From: Phoronis australis
Lineage: Eukaryota > Animalia > Phoronida
Length of the DNA stretch: 64,000 bases
Assembly (NCBI GenBank): GCA_002633005.1
Contig: NMRA01000333.1
Location: forward strand, 1 to 64,000
Direction of reading: 5' to 3'
Shown: piece after piece, positions 36,291 through 49,525 of the stretch
Numbering within the stretch: position 1 is the first letter of the stretch
Layout: the number at the start of each line of letters is the position of its first letter
Made by a program: the position numbers and the translations under genes
The notes under the pieces: generated by a model
What the model was told of the DNA's origin: nothing
Seen by the model: the letters and a program-made list of their open reading frames with translations, nothing else
Database searches by the model: none

Positions 36291-37316
36291 TTAAACGACG
36301 GACGTCTTTGTGCGTGATCCCTCGTCCTGGGAACCTGAAGACAATGTCCAGTTTTTAGCGGCAGGTGGCCGACATTTGAAAAGAGCAACAAACTCCTTTC
36401 GCATGTGAGAACTACCAGCGGAGTACACCACGGGGTTTAACGCATGTTGCAGATACGTCATCCAGGTTACAAAATTGCTTACCGGGGTTGAAATGTCTTC
36501 TATTGCGACGTCGTCTCTCAATAAAATACACACGTACGTTACCAAAGGCGTCCAGCATGCAAGAAATAACACTACATTTGAAAGTAACATAATTGTGATT
36601 CTCCTTTGCAAAGCATACCTGCGCTTTGATGAAGTCACACCGCACCGAATGGCGTTCTTCAAATTCCTGTTGATGAATATGAAAATTTTAGTATATAGAA
36701 CTGTTAAGATTATGAATCCGCAAAGGGCATACCAGCTTATAATCAATACATCAGCGATGAACAAGTTAATATCCTTGTCTTGAAATTGAATGATGCACAC
36801 TCCTGTCGTCGGTTTGATTTTGTAATCTTCTGTTCGAAATAACATAATAACGAACGCAGACGATGACATAATCCAAATTGTGGAAATGGTCACCTTTACG
36901 GATATGCGTTTCTTTCCTGACGTGCAAATAACAAAATAGCGATCTACACTTAAACATAACATTGTCAAAATTGAGACACAAAGAAAGCATCTCATGGACA
37001 CTATTTGTCCCATACAGACCGGCTTGCTGAGCTCGTAAGTCGGGTCAATAGACAACGTGATCGAGATCGGCATAGAATAGACGGCAACTCCGAGGTCCGC
37101 GCACGCCATGTTGAATATCAGAACAAACATGTTGTTATTAGTGTTGATGCGTGAGGACGTAGTTGCCGCCAGTTTCCTTGACTGCCACCGTCGATACACC
37201 ACAAGACATACCAATATGTTACCCACAATTGCCATCAACATAATGGGTAGTTGGAATGGTAGTGTGTACATCCAGTAAGGTTCTATTGTTCTTTGAGTAA
37301 CGTTAGGTGCCGCCAT
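36291..37316 (-). CDS. Intronless class A (rhodopsin-like) GPCR, 341 aa, orphan
   Basis: Start MAAPNVT (N-glycosylation sequon); TM1 GN, TM2 NMACADL, TM3 SVDRY, TM4 W, ECL2 Cys, TM6 FLACWTP, TM7 NPVVY, then helix 8 and a Cys. Confidence 0.92.
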   Translation of the reverse strand: MAAPNVTQRTIEPYWMYTLPFQLPIMLMAIVGNILVCLVVYRRWQSRKLAATTSSRINTNNNMFVLIFNMACADLGVAVYSMPISITLSIDPTYELSKPVCMGQIVSMRCFLCVSILTMLCLSVDRYFVICTSGKKRISVKVTISTIWIMSSSAFVIMLFRTEDYKIKPTTGVCIIQFQDKDINLFIADVLIISWYALCGFIILTVLYTKIFIFINRNLKNAIRCGVTSSKRRYALQRRITIMLLSNVVLFLACWTPLVTYVCILLRDDVAIEDISTPVSNFVTWMTYLQHALNPVVYSAGSSHMRKEFVALFKCRPPAAKNWTLSSGSQDEGSRTKTSVV

Positions 37317-38879
37317 TATGCTATCTCTTGTCAGTTCGCACCAAAATAGCTCAATGTTTGGTTGGTCGCTCTTACAATCAATATTCCGTACACTGTTGAG
37401 CGTCTGTTCTTGAACAAACTTTTGCTCTACGCCGAAATTTAGCCTTGTTGCGTTTGTGGCGCCCCGAGTCATCACAGACAATAAGTACTCGTTGTTGGTA
37501 CCGCTTAGAATCGGAAGGCGACCTGCTTACCAGGATGTGTTCCGGGTCACTTGACCTGTAAATGGAAACTTCATAAAAGAACAAATGCGATCTGAAGCAG
37601 CTAATGAGGGGTCTGTCACAGTACGTGCCAGCTGTTTTACGAAACTTGTTCAAACTATATCACGTCACTATTTAAAAGGTTTTACCCGCCAGAAACTTCC
37701 AGTCACGCACGTTGCAGACGCCAGGACGCTTGGCTAAACGCAGAGACTGATGGTTCAAGGACACTGACTGCGGGACATTTTCATTCTAAAAAAAACAACG
37801 CTATAAACAGAGCAGAGCGTAAATTTACTCAATTTGTCCTTTGTGCTGAGAGCTGTGCCTAACGAAATCTTGGCAAGTTTGCTGTTTGTTTTTGTCAGAA
37901 TAAATATTGATTAAGTAATTAGTAAGAATAGATCCATTTTAAGTTGCCCAAAATTTGTGCATATGTACTTTTAAATCATGGGGTCAGACTTGTTGACATG
38001 TATTTTAACGTCAAAATCTATTTTTAGATGGTGTTTACAACTTTGGGTTCTGGGGTCAAAGTACTCTAGAGATTCTAGAATGTTCTGAGAACAAATTGTA
38101 ACAGCCAATAATACGAGTGGATATGATCATGTGGTTTTTATTAGCCAATCACTAAATNTTTACGGTAGAGCAAAAAGTTCGTTTGACTTCCTGTTTTAAA
38201 TAGCACATAATTGGAAGAGTAAACATTTTCCTTCGTTAAAATCTCAAATTCAACAATCTTCAAAACGTGAGATACTGAAATCTTCGCAACATTTGAATTT
38301 TCAAGATAACTGAATTACAGAACACAGGCAATATTTCCGTTTTTATATTTCTCAAATTCCAAGCACTGCTTACGATTTTACATAAAAGGGTCTCAAAATA
38401 GGCTTAGAAATTCATAAAAACAGGGCTGATCACTCACATGTAGGTAAAAACTACTGCCAGTACATTTGAGATTGAGACGACTATTACCACAAATTTATCA
38501 ACCAAAATAATTTTTGTAGTGTGACCTAAACAAAAGATTATTTACCATAAATGACACCTTTTCAAATTAAGAATAGGTAGGCCTATTTACAATTGAATGT
38601 TTGGAACTGGGATAGGTTTTCAACTTTTCTTTTGTTTGTGAAGTTCCCGTGATGAAATTTGATTTGTGGCAAATGGTTCATTGTGGTGGTAAGACATATA
38701 CGGCTATATTTCTTTGAGCACTGTTAAATGTACATGTAACTGACAGTGACAATTTCCTTAATTTTCTCGTGGGCTCAACATTATTTACATCATCAGCTTG
38801 GTCTCTTTTTCTTTTTTTAAGAGCTCTTTAACTTTTGTTATATCCGTTAAGTGTCTATAACACTGCTTGTGATAGAAGC

Positions 38880-39142
38880 ATGCGCGCACCAAGCCCAAAA
38901 ATGGGGGGCTCGAGTTTTTGAGAATGTGGACATTTATTGAGATTCACAGGGTACTTCAGAGCAACGATTTGTGCGTTTGCCGAATTTTGGTAGTTCTTGC
39001 CTTTTTAGTGAACTTTTGTCTTGTTGTCTACTGTTTTGGGGTTTTTGTTTCTCTGGGGCTGACCTTTTTACTCACTTTACCAAATGGAGAGGCTATTTCA
39101 AGCCCCCGAGCCTCCCCCCCCCTCACCTCTGGGTGAGCGCAT
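38880..39142. mobile_element. ~250-bp MITE, CATGCGCGCA...TGCGCGCATG family
   Basis: Termini CATGCGCGCACC / GGGTGAGCGCATG. The internal GGGCTCGA.TTTTTGAGAATGTGGAC is shared with copies at ~44561-44808, ~49526-49768 and a partial reverse copy at ~48905-48996. Confidence 0.7.
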
Positions 39143-42100
39143 GACAAGAGCTCTGTTTTTCCGCAAAAACTTAAAAACTTATCAGCGATTATACTACTCT
39201 TGCACTCAATGTTGATAGTTTTTTTTTTGCAGTAGCCTTAGACCAGATAATATCTAAAAATTCCAGCTCAGAAATTTGAGCAGAACCTGACACATGAATG
39301 CTGCAAGGGACAGACATCTTGCCAGTCTATTGTGAAGTTGCACATTCGTTCAATAATCCATGGTTTCAGCAGAGTCCTAGCTGTTCCACAACTGTTCTTT
39401 GCGAAACACAAAATGATTCAGGAATGTGCCAAGAATTTTTTCAGTACGATGCCACCCGTGGCCACTTGATTTGACTTTCCTCAATTCCTAACTGCTGCCT
39501 GCTGGTTTTTGAGCCTTGGTCCTTGGTAATTGCCTATTACTTGCACACCCATCCAAGAATTGATACTATCCAATGTAGTCAGTAGCAGTAAAAAGGCTAG
39601 CTAAGCCAGCAGGATAACATCAGCTGACGGTCTGGTGATGATTTGTTTTCATGCCAAGCAGACGACTTTTGAAGGGGAAAGGTATGAACACAACATTTTT
39701 CTGACATTTGATTGGTTGTTCGGATTATTTTGCACTGACACCTGGTGGCTAACACATTAGTTGAGGTTATATGTTTTCCAAGTTTTAAATTAAATTTCTA
39801 ACTAAACGTGCAAGTGTATTCTTGGGATTTTTTTTTTCTTTTAAACATTTGTAGATGGGTTTAATGCAAAGTTCCCGTTGCCCCCCAGAAAGTGGCAACG
39901 GAGGTGAAAGATAGGAGAGCTGGGATTATGGCCTAACCGAGGAACCTTAATCCGGCACTGGCCAAATAAAAAATTTGGTCTGGGATAAAAAACGATGGCT
40001 GTCGAAAGGCGATAAAAGAATAGGTACGCATGCGCTCAGCGGAGTTCAAATTAAGGTCAGTGCTACTTGGTTGGCAATATTTCAGACTTTTCGGGGGACA
40101 AGAGACTAGAGAATGCAAGGGCAGGCGTTTTCGGGGATGTTTGCACCTGGATCAAAGATTAGTTTTCGTTTCAATTTAACGTACAAAATTCCTTTTAATT
40201 TGAATGTTGACCGTGTTATTCCAATGTAGCTAAACTTTCTCTATCCGCTCGTGGCTCCGGCCTGCCCCTGCGCGAAACTTTTCTCTCACGCATGCTATTC
40301 CCTCATGGACGCATATTTCCCCACTCACGCACCACCCTTCGAATCTCACAAACTTATTTCTTTGCGGGCAAACACACCAACACACCACGTGATGCTAGTT
40401 CCCCTCTCACGGGAAAACTCGTCGATCTCTAGCAGATGAAATATTTTCGTTACGTCTTGCGATTGGTGTTTCATTTTGTTATTACTTTAATATTGTAAAA
40501 TTCAATAGAAATTGCCTTTATTCACTATTTAATGCAAAATTGTCCAGTATTAACAATTTATATTGAAATATTATTGATATTTTACCAATACTCCTGTTCA
40601 CGGGATCTCGGCATACGAGCACAACTAACGTGTATAGTTGAGCGCTAAGTGAGCTCAATAGCATTTATGTTATTTTCTTAACAACCTTTGTCATTAAATG
40701 TTTTTTTTTATTTCTTTATATTAAAGGCGGAAGAGGTCACGGACAACTGTTTTTTTCGCGGAAATTTTGTACCAGATTACGTGAAGAGACCCGGGAAATG
40801 GGACAGGCGTGCAAGCGGACAATAACAATGTACGGGAGCAGGGTTGATCTGTGAGCAACCAAAAATGTCCATGAGACGCAAACAGTGGCACGAGAGTGGG
40901 GAATACATGCTATGCGTCCGTGAGAGCAGAATGTCGTGCTGCGTGAGGTGAGAGTTTTGTCCGCAGACATGACCTAACCCCACTCGAACATTGAAGTCTA
41001 AGTGCCTTGTATTCGTCAAACTCAATCAGATGCAGCAATTTTTGTACTGAAAACCATGCGTAGTTTGAGAAAGACGAGGAAATATCTCGTAACAGTAGCA
41101 AGACACAATTCTCTTGAATGTCACTCCTTTTTAATGGTTTCCTTATTTTAGAGGGAGCGGTGGGTCCCATTCCCGGTTCCCAGTTATTTTTTTGCCCTTT
41201 TCCCCCGATGTCAAATTCGTTTCGATCCCAGTCCCAATAAATTTCCATACCGAAACACGGCAATTTTCTGCTCGCATTTCTCGAATCACGCCTCACGGCC
41301 ACAAAAAGGGCCCGGTTGCCATTCTCTAAAAAGTCTTTTCCCCTCTTATCGAATGGGCTGTCTACACTCGAAAAAATTTGTTTTGTAAGTAAACCAAACT
41401 TGGGGCGTGCTGATATTCTTTGTTTGATCATTTTGACTGTATCCTTCTTGGTCCGCTGCGCATAAAAACTCGAGAGCCGCTGTCCCAAAGCAAATTATCT
41501 CAAGAAGAATGTTTCGCAGATGAAGGTATATAACGGTGAAAGTCATTTTTATTGCCTATGAATTGTTTAAAATTTCGTTGTACAGTATGCGAAAGAGAAA
41601 ACAAAAATCATTCTCTCTCATCAATCCGTAATATTTTCAAAGTTCTGCCAAAAAACCTTCAGGAAATGTACGCCGTCTAAGGAACGTCATCCATTGTGGG
41701 TGTCCATGGTCAGTTACAAACAAGGTTACCTTTCTGTACTATGCAGAATTAAGTTCCAGGATATTCCTTAGGCACCAACACCCAGTGACATTGTTATTAT
41801 AGAATATGGACACCAAACGCGTAAAGTTTTGCTCGGGTGTATGTTAATTGGCATTTTGCTGGCATCGTCTGTTAGCTTCTTTGTAATCCCCGTTGCTGTA
41901 TAAATTCACGTGAGTGACGTCACCACTAAACAGCCCAATTTTGTTATGGGGTAAATACCCCTATAAAGATTCTTCCCCACGGTTTCGGTAATGAGTCAGC
42001 GCGCGAAACCTGCGCTGTCCGATGATAACGTTCAAAGGTAATTTTGAAACCGCGACGGCAAGGTGCAGGTGCATTTCCATATGAGCGCGTGGAATACACT

Positions 42101-42160
42101 GACATTTTGGTTTTCGTTCACAACAGCTTCACTCAAAAATTAATCGGCTAATTCCCAACG

Positions 42161-43290
42161 ATGAGTCACCGTGACAAGAACTGTTCTAGAAGCGTCTTCT
42201 GTGGAACTTCTGGTGACAATGACAAATGGATAGAACCATTCTGGATGTACACATTACCTTTCCAGTTACCTATAGGGTTTATGGCAATTGTAGGTAATGT
42301 ATTGGTATGCCTTGTGGTGTATCGACGGTGGCGAGAACAGAAAATGTCAACGAATACCCGAAGCTTACACTCACTTCATGGGGGCGCTAATAACAACATG
42401 TTTGTTCTGATATTCAATATGGCGTGCGCGGACCTCGGCGTTGGCCTCATTTCTATGCCGATTTCGATCATGTTGTCCGTAAACCCGACCTACAAGCTCG
42501 GCATGCCCATCTGTTTAATGCAGGTCGTAGCAATGAGGTGATTTCTGTGTGTGTGTCAGTTTTTACTATGTTTTGTCTGAGTCTGGACCGTTATTTTATT
42601 ATCTGCACGTCAGGCAAGAAACGCTTACCTATGAAACTGACCATTGTCCTCATATGGATAACGTCTTCGTCTGGATTTTTTTTATTGTTATTTCGAGCGG
42701 AAGATTTCAAAGCTCGACCTGCGCTTACACTTTGTATAATTCAATTCAAAGACGAGGATATTAACTTGCTTTTCGGCGACGTGTCCATCATAGCTAGGTA
42801 CGCAACTTACGGATTTGTAAGCCTAGCGGTTATCTATACAAAATTGTTCTTATTTATACAAAATAACCTGAAGAACGGAGTTGCGCTGGGAGTGACAACT
42901 TCAAAACACAGTTACACTTTGCAAAGGAGAGTAGCCTTTGTGTTCCTAACCTGTGTTGTGTTATTTTATGCCAGCTGGGTTTCTATGGTAACGTGTTTAT
43001 GTGTCGTGATGAGGGACGACGTCTTCATAGAGGACATGCCAACAGCAATAAGCATTTTCGTCACCTGGATGACATATCTGCAGAGTGCTCTTAATCCTGT
43101 GGTGTACTCCGTAGGTAGTTCTCGCATGCGAAAGGGGTTAGTGGCGTTATTGAAATGTCGTCCGGTTGTTGTAAACTGTACGTCTACGGTATGCCAGGAT
43201 GATCAACGACAGTGGAGAAAATCGTGTGGTGCCGACATCAGTACAAAACACGTTTTACGGAAACGGTGGCCTCGTCGAGTAAATACTTGA
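42161..43290 (+). pseudogene. Pseudogenised paralogue of the GPCR at 36291-37316
   Basis: Shares IEP.WMYTLPFQLPI, NNNMFVLIFNMACADLGV, DRYF.ICTSGKKR and FVTWMTYLQ.ALNPVVYS. TGA at 42539-42541 replaces the Cys of MRCFLC, an extra TG in a (TG)n run shifts the frame, and CWTP has become SWVS. Confidence 0.88.
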
Positions 43291-44560
43291 TGGGTTTAGG
43301 TCCATGCGTCTGTATTCGAATTGGCACTGCCATAGTTCATGCTCCGGTATAATTCAACTTCTGTTTCTTATATCTCAGTGACATGCAACTGTGACGTAAG
43401 AACTCGAAGTCGATTTATATCTTTTAAGATACAGCTGAGATCGAATGGAAGATTGTATCTAGAAGCGAGCGTAAATTCCTTTCCATGAGGCGGCCAGGCA
43501 TATACATGTTTTTGGATTTGACTTTTGGTTCCTAAACTGATACTTTCGGAATAAACGATCAGGGCTTACCATCTGCAGAAAACTACCGTGGGAATGTATT
43601 TCATTGGCTTCGTTATGTTCTTCTTCGGAACTGAATAAGTTGTCTCAAAATATATGATTTTAACAGAGCTCTTGTAGATGTTTGTGTTACAATTTTCAAA
43701 ACACGTGAGCATACATTAATAAACTCAACATTTTCCTACGCTCTTGCTGTTTTATTTTTTGCGGCAGCCATATAAAGGGCTTGGATTGTAGCTGTCACTG
43801 AATGTAGGTATCAAACGGAGCCGGGATTTAGACCAGCAAACCAACCCATACAAACGACTTAAACAACTGTTAAAGGACGATCTGTATGTTATGATGAACG
43901 CATCATTTAGGACATTATTTAGTATACAAATATTACTCGTGGTCATTGTCGTATTCTATTTTTAGACTTTTGCAAAGCATATTATACAATAAAATTTATC
44001 ACTGACGTCATTTGTTTGAGTGGTCTATCTTATAGGATAGACCGATTAATGAATTTGCAAGTGTGGTATTGTCTGGGCAATACCTTATTAAGTATTCAAT
44101 TTAAGTCCTTTTTTCGAAGCTCATTTATTTGAGAAAAGCTCATTTCAAATGAGAAGGTGTTAAATATTAAATGATTTCAGTTTTGGACAGGTTTTTGCAA
44201 GATGTACTACGCAGATAATTTATACTAAAACGAAGAACCTGTGTTGACAATAATGACGTCACTACAGATCACTTTCCGATATAAATGGGCATGAGACAGG
44301 ATGGGTCCTTGTCAGGTCCATTATTTTGCCTATCTGTTGAAGTTGATTGAGGTAATCTTTAAAGAGGGCGCTAGTGTAGTTACTTTTTAGTTGATTACTT
44401 AATTAACAACAGGTTTCACTTGTTTAATTAGGGGTTATCATATAATAAATTAATTACTGGTTTCATTATTCACTCTCCATCTACGCACAATCTCAAAGCA
44501 TAGCTACCCTTTAAACAAACCCACATTCAATTGTGTGACGGCACTAGCATAGTGTGTTAC

Positions 44561-44808
44561 CCATGCGCTCACTCAGCCTAAAATACAAGAGGGCTCGAAT
44601 TTTTGAGAATGTGGACCTTTTACTAAAAAATGTTACTAAAAAACAAAAAACGGGGTACGTTCAGGGCTATGAATTGTGCATTCGCCGAATTCCTGCCTTT
44701 TTAGTTTACTTTTGTCTCGTTTTCTCGGACTTTTTGTTTCTCTGGGGCAGACCTTTTTGCCCACTTCGCCCTCCCCCCTCCCTGCCCCCCACCCGTGGGT
44801 GCGCGCAT
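44561..44808. mobile_element. MITE copy (CATGCGC family)
   Basis: CATGCGCTCACTCAGCC ... GGGTGCGCGCAT, similar to 38880-39142. Confidence 0.7.
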
Positions 44809-45162
44809 TTTACCATTTGCTTGGATGGAAATAATGGAGTTTTTAAAGCGTACATGTTTTGAGACATGTAATTAAATTAGTTAAGGTGAAACCTAAACCT
44901 GAGCCTTTCTGGTAGAAATGCGTAAACCCTTTCCAGATAAGTAAAACGCCTACTCTCGTCTGTTTGGAAATATTTTGCTTTTCAAAATCCTCTTAACCTC
45001 CCGATAAAGAAAACAGCTTGATTGATGGATATTTACTCTAGAAAACAGAGTAATCAAATTTACATTCTTCCTCATAAACTCTTGTTACTTCCTTATGTTA
45101 GAACTTTCAAGAAAGAAAATTGGCGTATTGAAACACATCAGTAAATATGTGAACAGAGTAAC

Positions 45163-45985
45163 ACTGAAAACCCTTTTCAATGCTATCATTCAACCTCACG
45201 TAGATTGTTGCCTCCCGGTGTGGGGTGTTGCATCAGACAAGGATATGAAAAACCATCCAGATTATCCAAATTAGGGCTGCCCGGATTATTCTGGGAGCTC
45301 GTGTGAGAAATATTAACATTGAAAACCTTCATGCGGAGATTGGAATAATGAAAATACCCACAAGACATAAATTCCTATCAGCTTGTTGTATGTACAAATG
45401 TTTTAGACGTCTTGTCCCAACATACTTTAAGTGCTAGATTTACGATGGCTGCTAATCGCTTTAATACTAGGGCCTCATTGTCATCCAATTTCAAACTTCC
45501 TAGAACCAGAAATGAAACTGTAAAAATTCATTTTCTTACAGCGGGCCTTATTTATGGAACATTCTCCCTTCCTATGCCAAATCTGCACCATGCTTGATAA
45601 GTTTTAAAAGAATTTGAAGAAATCAACTTAACTACGTGTAGCTGTATTTATGTTTATGTATGTATGTATGTATGTATGTATATAATATGTCTTACTTTTA
45701 TTAATTAATTAATTATTGTCTGTTTTATTAAATATTTATATTTTATTTAATCATGTTGTCTTTCTTTTAGTATCTTCTATTTCTTATTTTTATTATTTTG
45801 TTTCATCAGTCTTTCCAGGTTAATTTCTTATTCTTCACTGATTATTTTAATCTTGTCTTTCATTTTGTAATTCTGTTAGTTTGTCTTACTTTCTTTGTAT
45901 GTTTTCACTGAGGGCCCCATGGAAAGCAGTGTAAACTGATGGGGCTACCCTTATTGTAAATATTACATTAATAAATAAATAAATA
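45163..45985 (+). mobile_element. CR1/L2 LINE 3' fragment
   Basis: LFNAIIQPHVDCCLPVWG...IQIIQIRAARIILG, an AT-rich 3'UTR, GGGCCCCATGGAAAGCAGTG and an (AATA)n tail. Colinear with 8387-9210. Confidence 0.85.
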
Positions 45986-46656
45986 AGGATTATATTCATA
46001 GAAAGTTTTACACAATTTTTTTCTGAAAATGATGGGATAATAAAAGTTAATGAGGATAGTGTCCATTTTGTGAACGTGTTGAAACAGGCATTTAATGACC
46101 ACCATGTTTTGTGAATTTTTTGTGAACATTTTGAGGTACGCGGAGATTCAGAAACATTTACTCTTCACCACATTACAGCACCATTTAATCTTAAATATAA
46201 TGTTAATTTTGAAGCTACCTATACTTTGTCAAAACTTTATTTATAAATATTCTCCGGTAGAGAACAGACAATGACTAGTGATACAAAATTTAAGTACTGA
46301 CTTGTACAATTGACGTACAGTATATAACCGTGGAGAAAGGGAGCCACCAGTGCCGGACGGTCGCTCGTGATAATTAAGTGATTTGACTTCCGGTACGGCA
46401 GGCTATGACAGTGCTGCTAGACTTGAACGATTGCAACATTCTCTGGAGCGTCGAACGGCAGTTGTGAAGTGATTGGTTTCCACTACTTATTCCTATGTTT
46501 TCGTCTGAAACAAGGCTCCGCCTTTTGAATAATAAGTTTTGCTATAACCATAAAACCTATGCTAAGACTGACTCTGCCGTATTCGCCCGATGCTCTGCGA
46601 AGCGACTTGTGGCGGGAAAATGTAGTAAACGCAGTTGGCTCAGAGGCCGTAGTTAA

Positions 46657-47976
46657 AGGCGAAGGCAACCTTTTTTCGTGTCATTTTTAGCAAAAATAAT
46701 GTTCGTTGATTATCCCAGACCTATTTTTCACTTATTTACTGATTTTCGTAATTTAATTAATTACTCGTCGTCTACTCCGGAAGTGACGTTTTGGGAGGCA
46801 AGAATTTCGCGCCAATTTCTTTTCATGTAGTCCGACTGTGAGAGTAGTCGAGTCAGTCCTTGTTCTACCTGGGTTGTGACAAGTTCGGTCGTCGTTTGCT
46901 TTTGCTTACGAGTCAGTCAACATGCCACGCTGTTGCTGCGTACTGGGATGTACTCATTATCGTCTCACGTACAGAGGAAGAACTGTCCCACTTGCCCGAG
47001 TGTCCCGCGACACACTCCCACTGGAGGGTGATCTGAGCACCCAAACTACTTCCATCCCGCCGTGTGACTCCCTCGCCACACACCTGGCACCTTCTAAATA
47101 GCTCCAATACAAGTCCGCAAGTAGGATCACCGATCTCTTCATTGGATGACGAACTGTCCTCTTCACTGAGTGTCGAACTGGGCCTGTATTCACTCCCGCT
47201 ACTCAACATCGCTGCAGGGTTGCTTACAGGTTCTGGGCTAGAGACAACAGCACAGGGCGAATCACTGCTAGTTCCCGGAATATGCACGAAATGGGGTACA
47301 TTCGGAGGCACGGGTGACAGTAGATGAAGTGCCTCCAGTCACTGTATGTAGTGGCCACAGCTCGATCGCGAGGCTTCTCGCTTCAAAAACGCACTTCTCG
47401 AGGTTGGCGACGGGGCACTGCCGGGACGGTATGGTACCCGAGTCAGGCGTTGTTTCGCAGGCCGGGGACGTTCATCAATTCAGCGTACATATCTCCGTCG
47501 TAATCTGACTGCAGAAAATGCTTGCCACACTCTCGGTAACCCTCCACTGCTTTGTACGTTGCCTGTACGGGTAGTGCTGCGTTCTTCACATGAACGAGCT
47601 AGCCAAGTACGGCGAAGTGTGTCATGATCTGTCGGAAAGCGACGCAAGGTACCCAAAGCGCGTGTGAGACCATAATGAGTACATCCCGGCACGTAGCAAC
47701 AGCGTGGCATGTTGACTGACTTGTAAACAAAAGCAAACGACGACCATACTAATCACAACCGAGGTAGAACAATGACTGACTCGACAGCTCTCACAGGCAG
47801 ACTATAATGAAAAGAAATTGGCGCGAAACTCTTGCCTCCCAAAACGTCACTTCCGAGTAGAGGACGAGAAATTAATCAAATTTCGAAAAGCTGTAATTAA
47901 GTGAAAAATGTGTCTGAGATAATCAACGAACCTTATTTTTGCTAAAAGTGACATGAAAAAGGTTGCCTACGTGCCT
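46657..47976. mobile_element. Kolobok-like THAP transposon derivative with ~310-bp inverted arms
   Basis: Left end TTAA|AGGCGAAGGCAACC. Arms 46657-46968 and 47664-47976 are reverse complements with moderate divergence. The minus strand encodes a THAP (MPRCCYVPGC...RFP...W; ECGKHF after a frameshift) and LELFRRCQVCG...WECVAGHSGKWDS. Confidence 0.7.
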
Positions 47977-48502
47977 AGCCAGCACACAGATATCACGCAG
48001 TGGCACGTGCTTTAGCATTGGTTGATGTAACCTCAGCAGTCATTGGTTAGCTTTACAACACCGAAAAAAATGGCGGACTGTGAACGATTTTTAGCCTTGT
48101 CATGCAAGTGGCGTCGCAGCAACTATTTCGTTTCTGCAGTGATTCAATAGCCGCGGGCTTGAAGCACATACATGCAGGCCCGTAGGAAAGAAAAAACTAT
48201 TGGGGGGCCCAAACCAATTTGACTTCGCCAACCTACCCCCTTGCTATCGTCACGCTCTCCATTCTATGGATGTCACCGTATTTGTAACCGAACCCCACCC
48301 CACCTCCCACGTCCGCCATAGGTGGGGGAAATATAGGGTATGCCGCCATCAAGATTTGAGTAGCTGTGAGCCAACAAACCAACGAAGATGCACGGAGAGT
48401 AAGAATGCGTTTAGGCCCCGAGCGCACTGACGAGTAGCTGAGAGCTGCCTGAAGTATCTATAGCTGGGTCGAAGGTCAAGGTTCCTTTTATTCAGATCCA
48501 TT

Positions 48503-48903
48503 TTCGGTCTTTAATCTTTTTACTCGAAATGGAACTCGAAACTATGTTTGGCATTTGCTACCTTACTTTTGTGAGAACTCAAGATAAGTGTCTATTATCC
48601 TATACTCAAGTACATAATGACTTACGTGGATAATTTATTAGTCCTAGTTTGCAGTTGATAAACTCAACATTAAGGCTAAAAGTTCTAGTTTGAACTCGAA
48701 ATTTCGAGTTGTTACTCGAGTTTGTAGACGAATATAAGGATCTTCAAGTGCGAACTTGGACTAGAACCTCATATGCGTAACCTATAATGTATTCGAGCAC
48801 AGTCTTATAACCACTTATCTTGAGTTCGCACAAAAGGAGCAGTGAAATTGCCAAAAATAATTTCGAGTTCGTTTCGAGTACAAAGATTAGAGACCGGGCC
48901 CTG
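48503..48903. mobile_element. ~400-bp MITE with ~50-bp TIRs (Harbinger-like GGGCCC end)
   Basis: CGGTCTTTAATCTTTTTACTCGAAATGGAACTCGAAAC at left is the inverse of TTTCGAGTTCGTTTCGAGTACAAAGATTAGAGACCGGGCCC at right. A related right end lies at ~32310-32397. Confidence 0.65.
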
Positions 48904-49525
48904 AACGGACCTCGCATTTGTTTTTTTTTTCTTGCGTAAAAGGTCCACATCCTCAAAAATTCGATCCCCCTATATTTTAGGCTGGATGCGCGCATGCCGT
49001 TTGTGTAGTATGCACAGGAAGTGCAAGCAAACGATGCAGTTTTGAAGAACAAAAATTCATTGCGCAATACTACTGGAAACCAAAAACATCAAGGAAGTTC
49101 AAAGACAACTTTTCCAAGTTGATGACCAATAAGTTTGATTTCATTTATTTGAGTACCTAAACTTCGTTTTTGATCTACGGTTTGTAAACTGAAACCCAGC
49201 AATCTAGTTCCTAAGCCAATAAACAATTTCTTATCATTTGAATTGTGAGAACATTTTAGGACACATTTTTGAGCTGTCCAAAATTCATCAATTTCCTTGA
49301 CACTTATTTGAGATAGACAGAAATCGTTTTATGTACTTTTATATTTGGGGATGTGATGATAGATCGAGTTTTTCCAATGTCGGCCTGCGATTAACTTCAT
49401 TGAAGTATTGTCATTTCTTACAAGATTAGCTTCTAATTGTCAAAAAATCATCTCTCAATCAGTCCACTTTCGTAGATACATAAACATGTAAATCAGAAAC
49501 CAACAATCAAATCCATGAGCAATGC

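Noticed and set aside
37317-37481. 55-aa N-terminal extension of the GPCR in the ORF track
   Set aside because: It starts at a non-ATG codon. The paralogue aligns only from about the ATG at 37316, although an upstream ATG at ~37472 cannot be fully excluded.
40910-41488. 192-aa minus-strand ORF between the GPCRs
   Set aside because: No recognisable domain, a non-ATG start, and it lies in repeat-like sequence following a TTAAAGG end at ~40721.
42538-42559. GT...AG 22-nt micro-intron or selenocysteine readthrough rescuing the second GPCR
   Set aside because: Too short for a typical intron and it would delete conserved TM3 residues. The TGA is accompanied by a frameshift and loss of the TM6 Pro, so a pseudogene is simpler.
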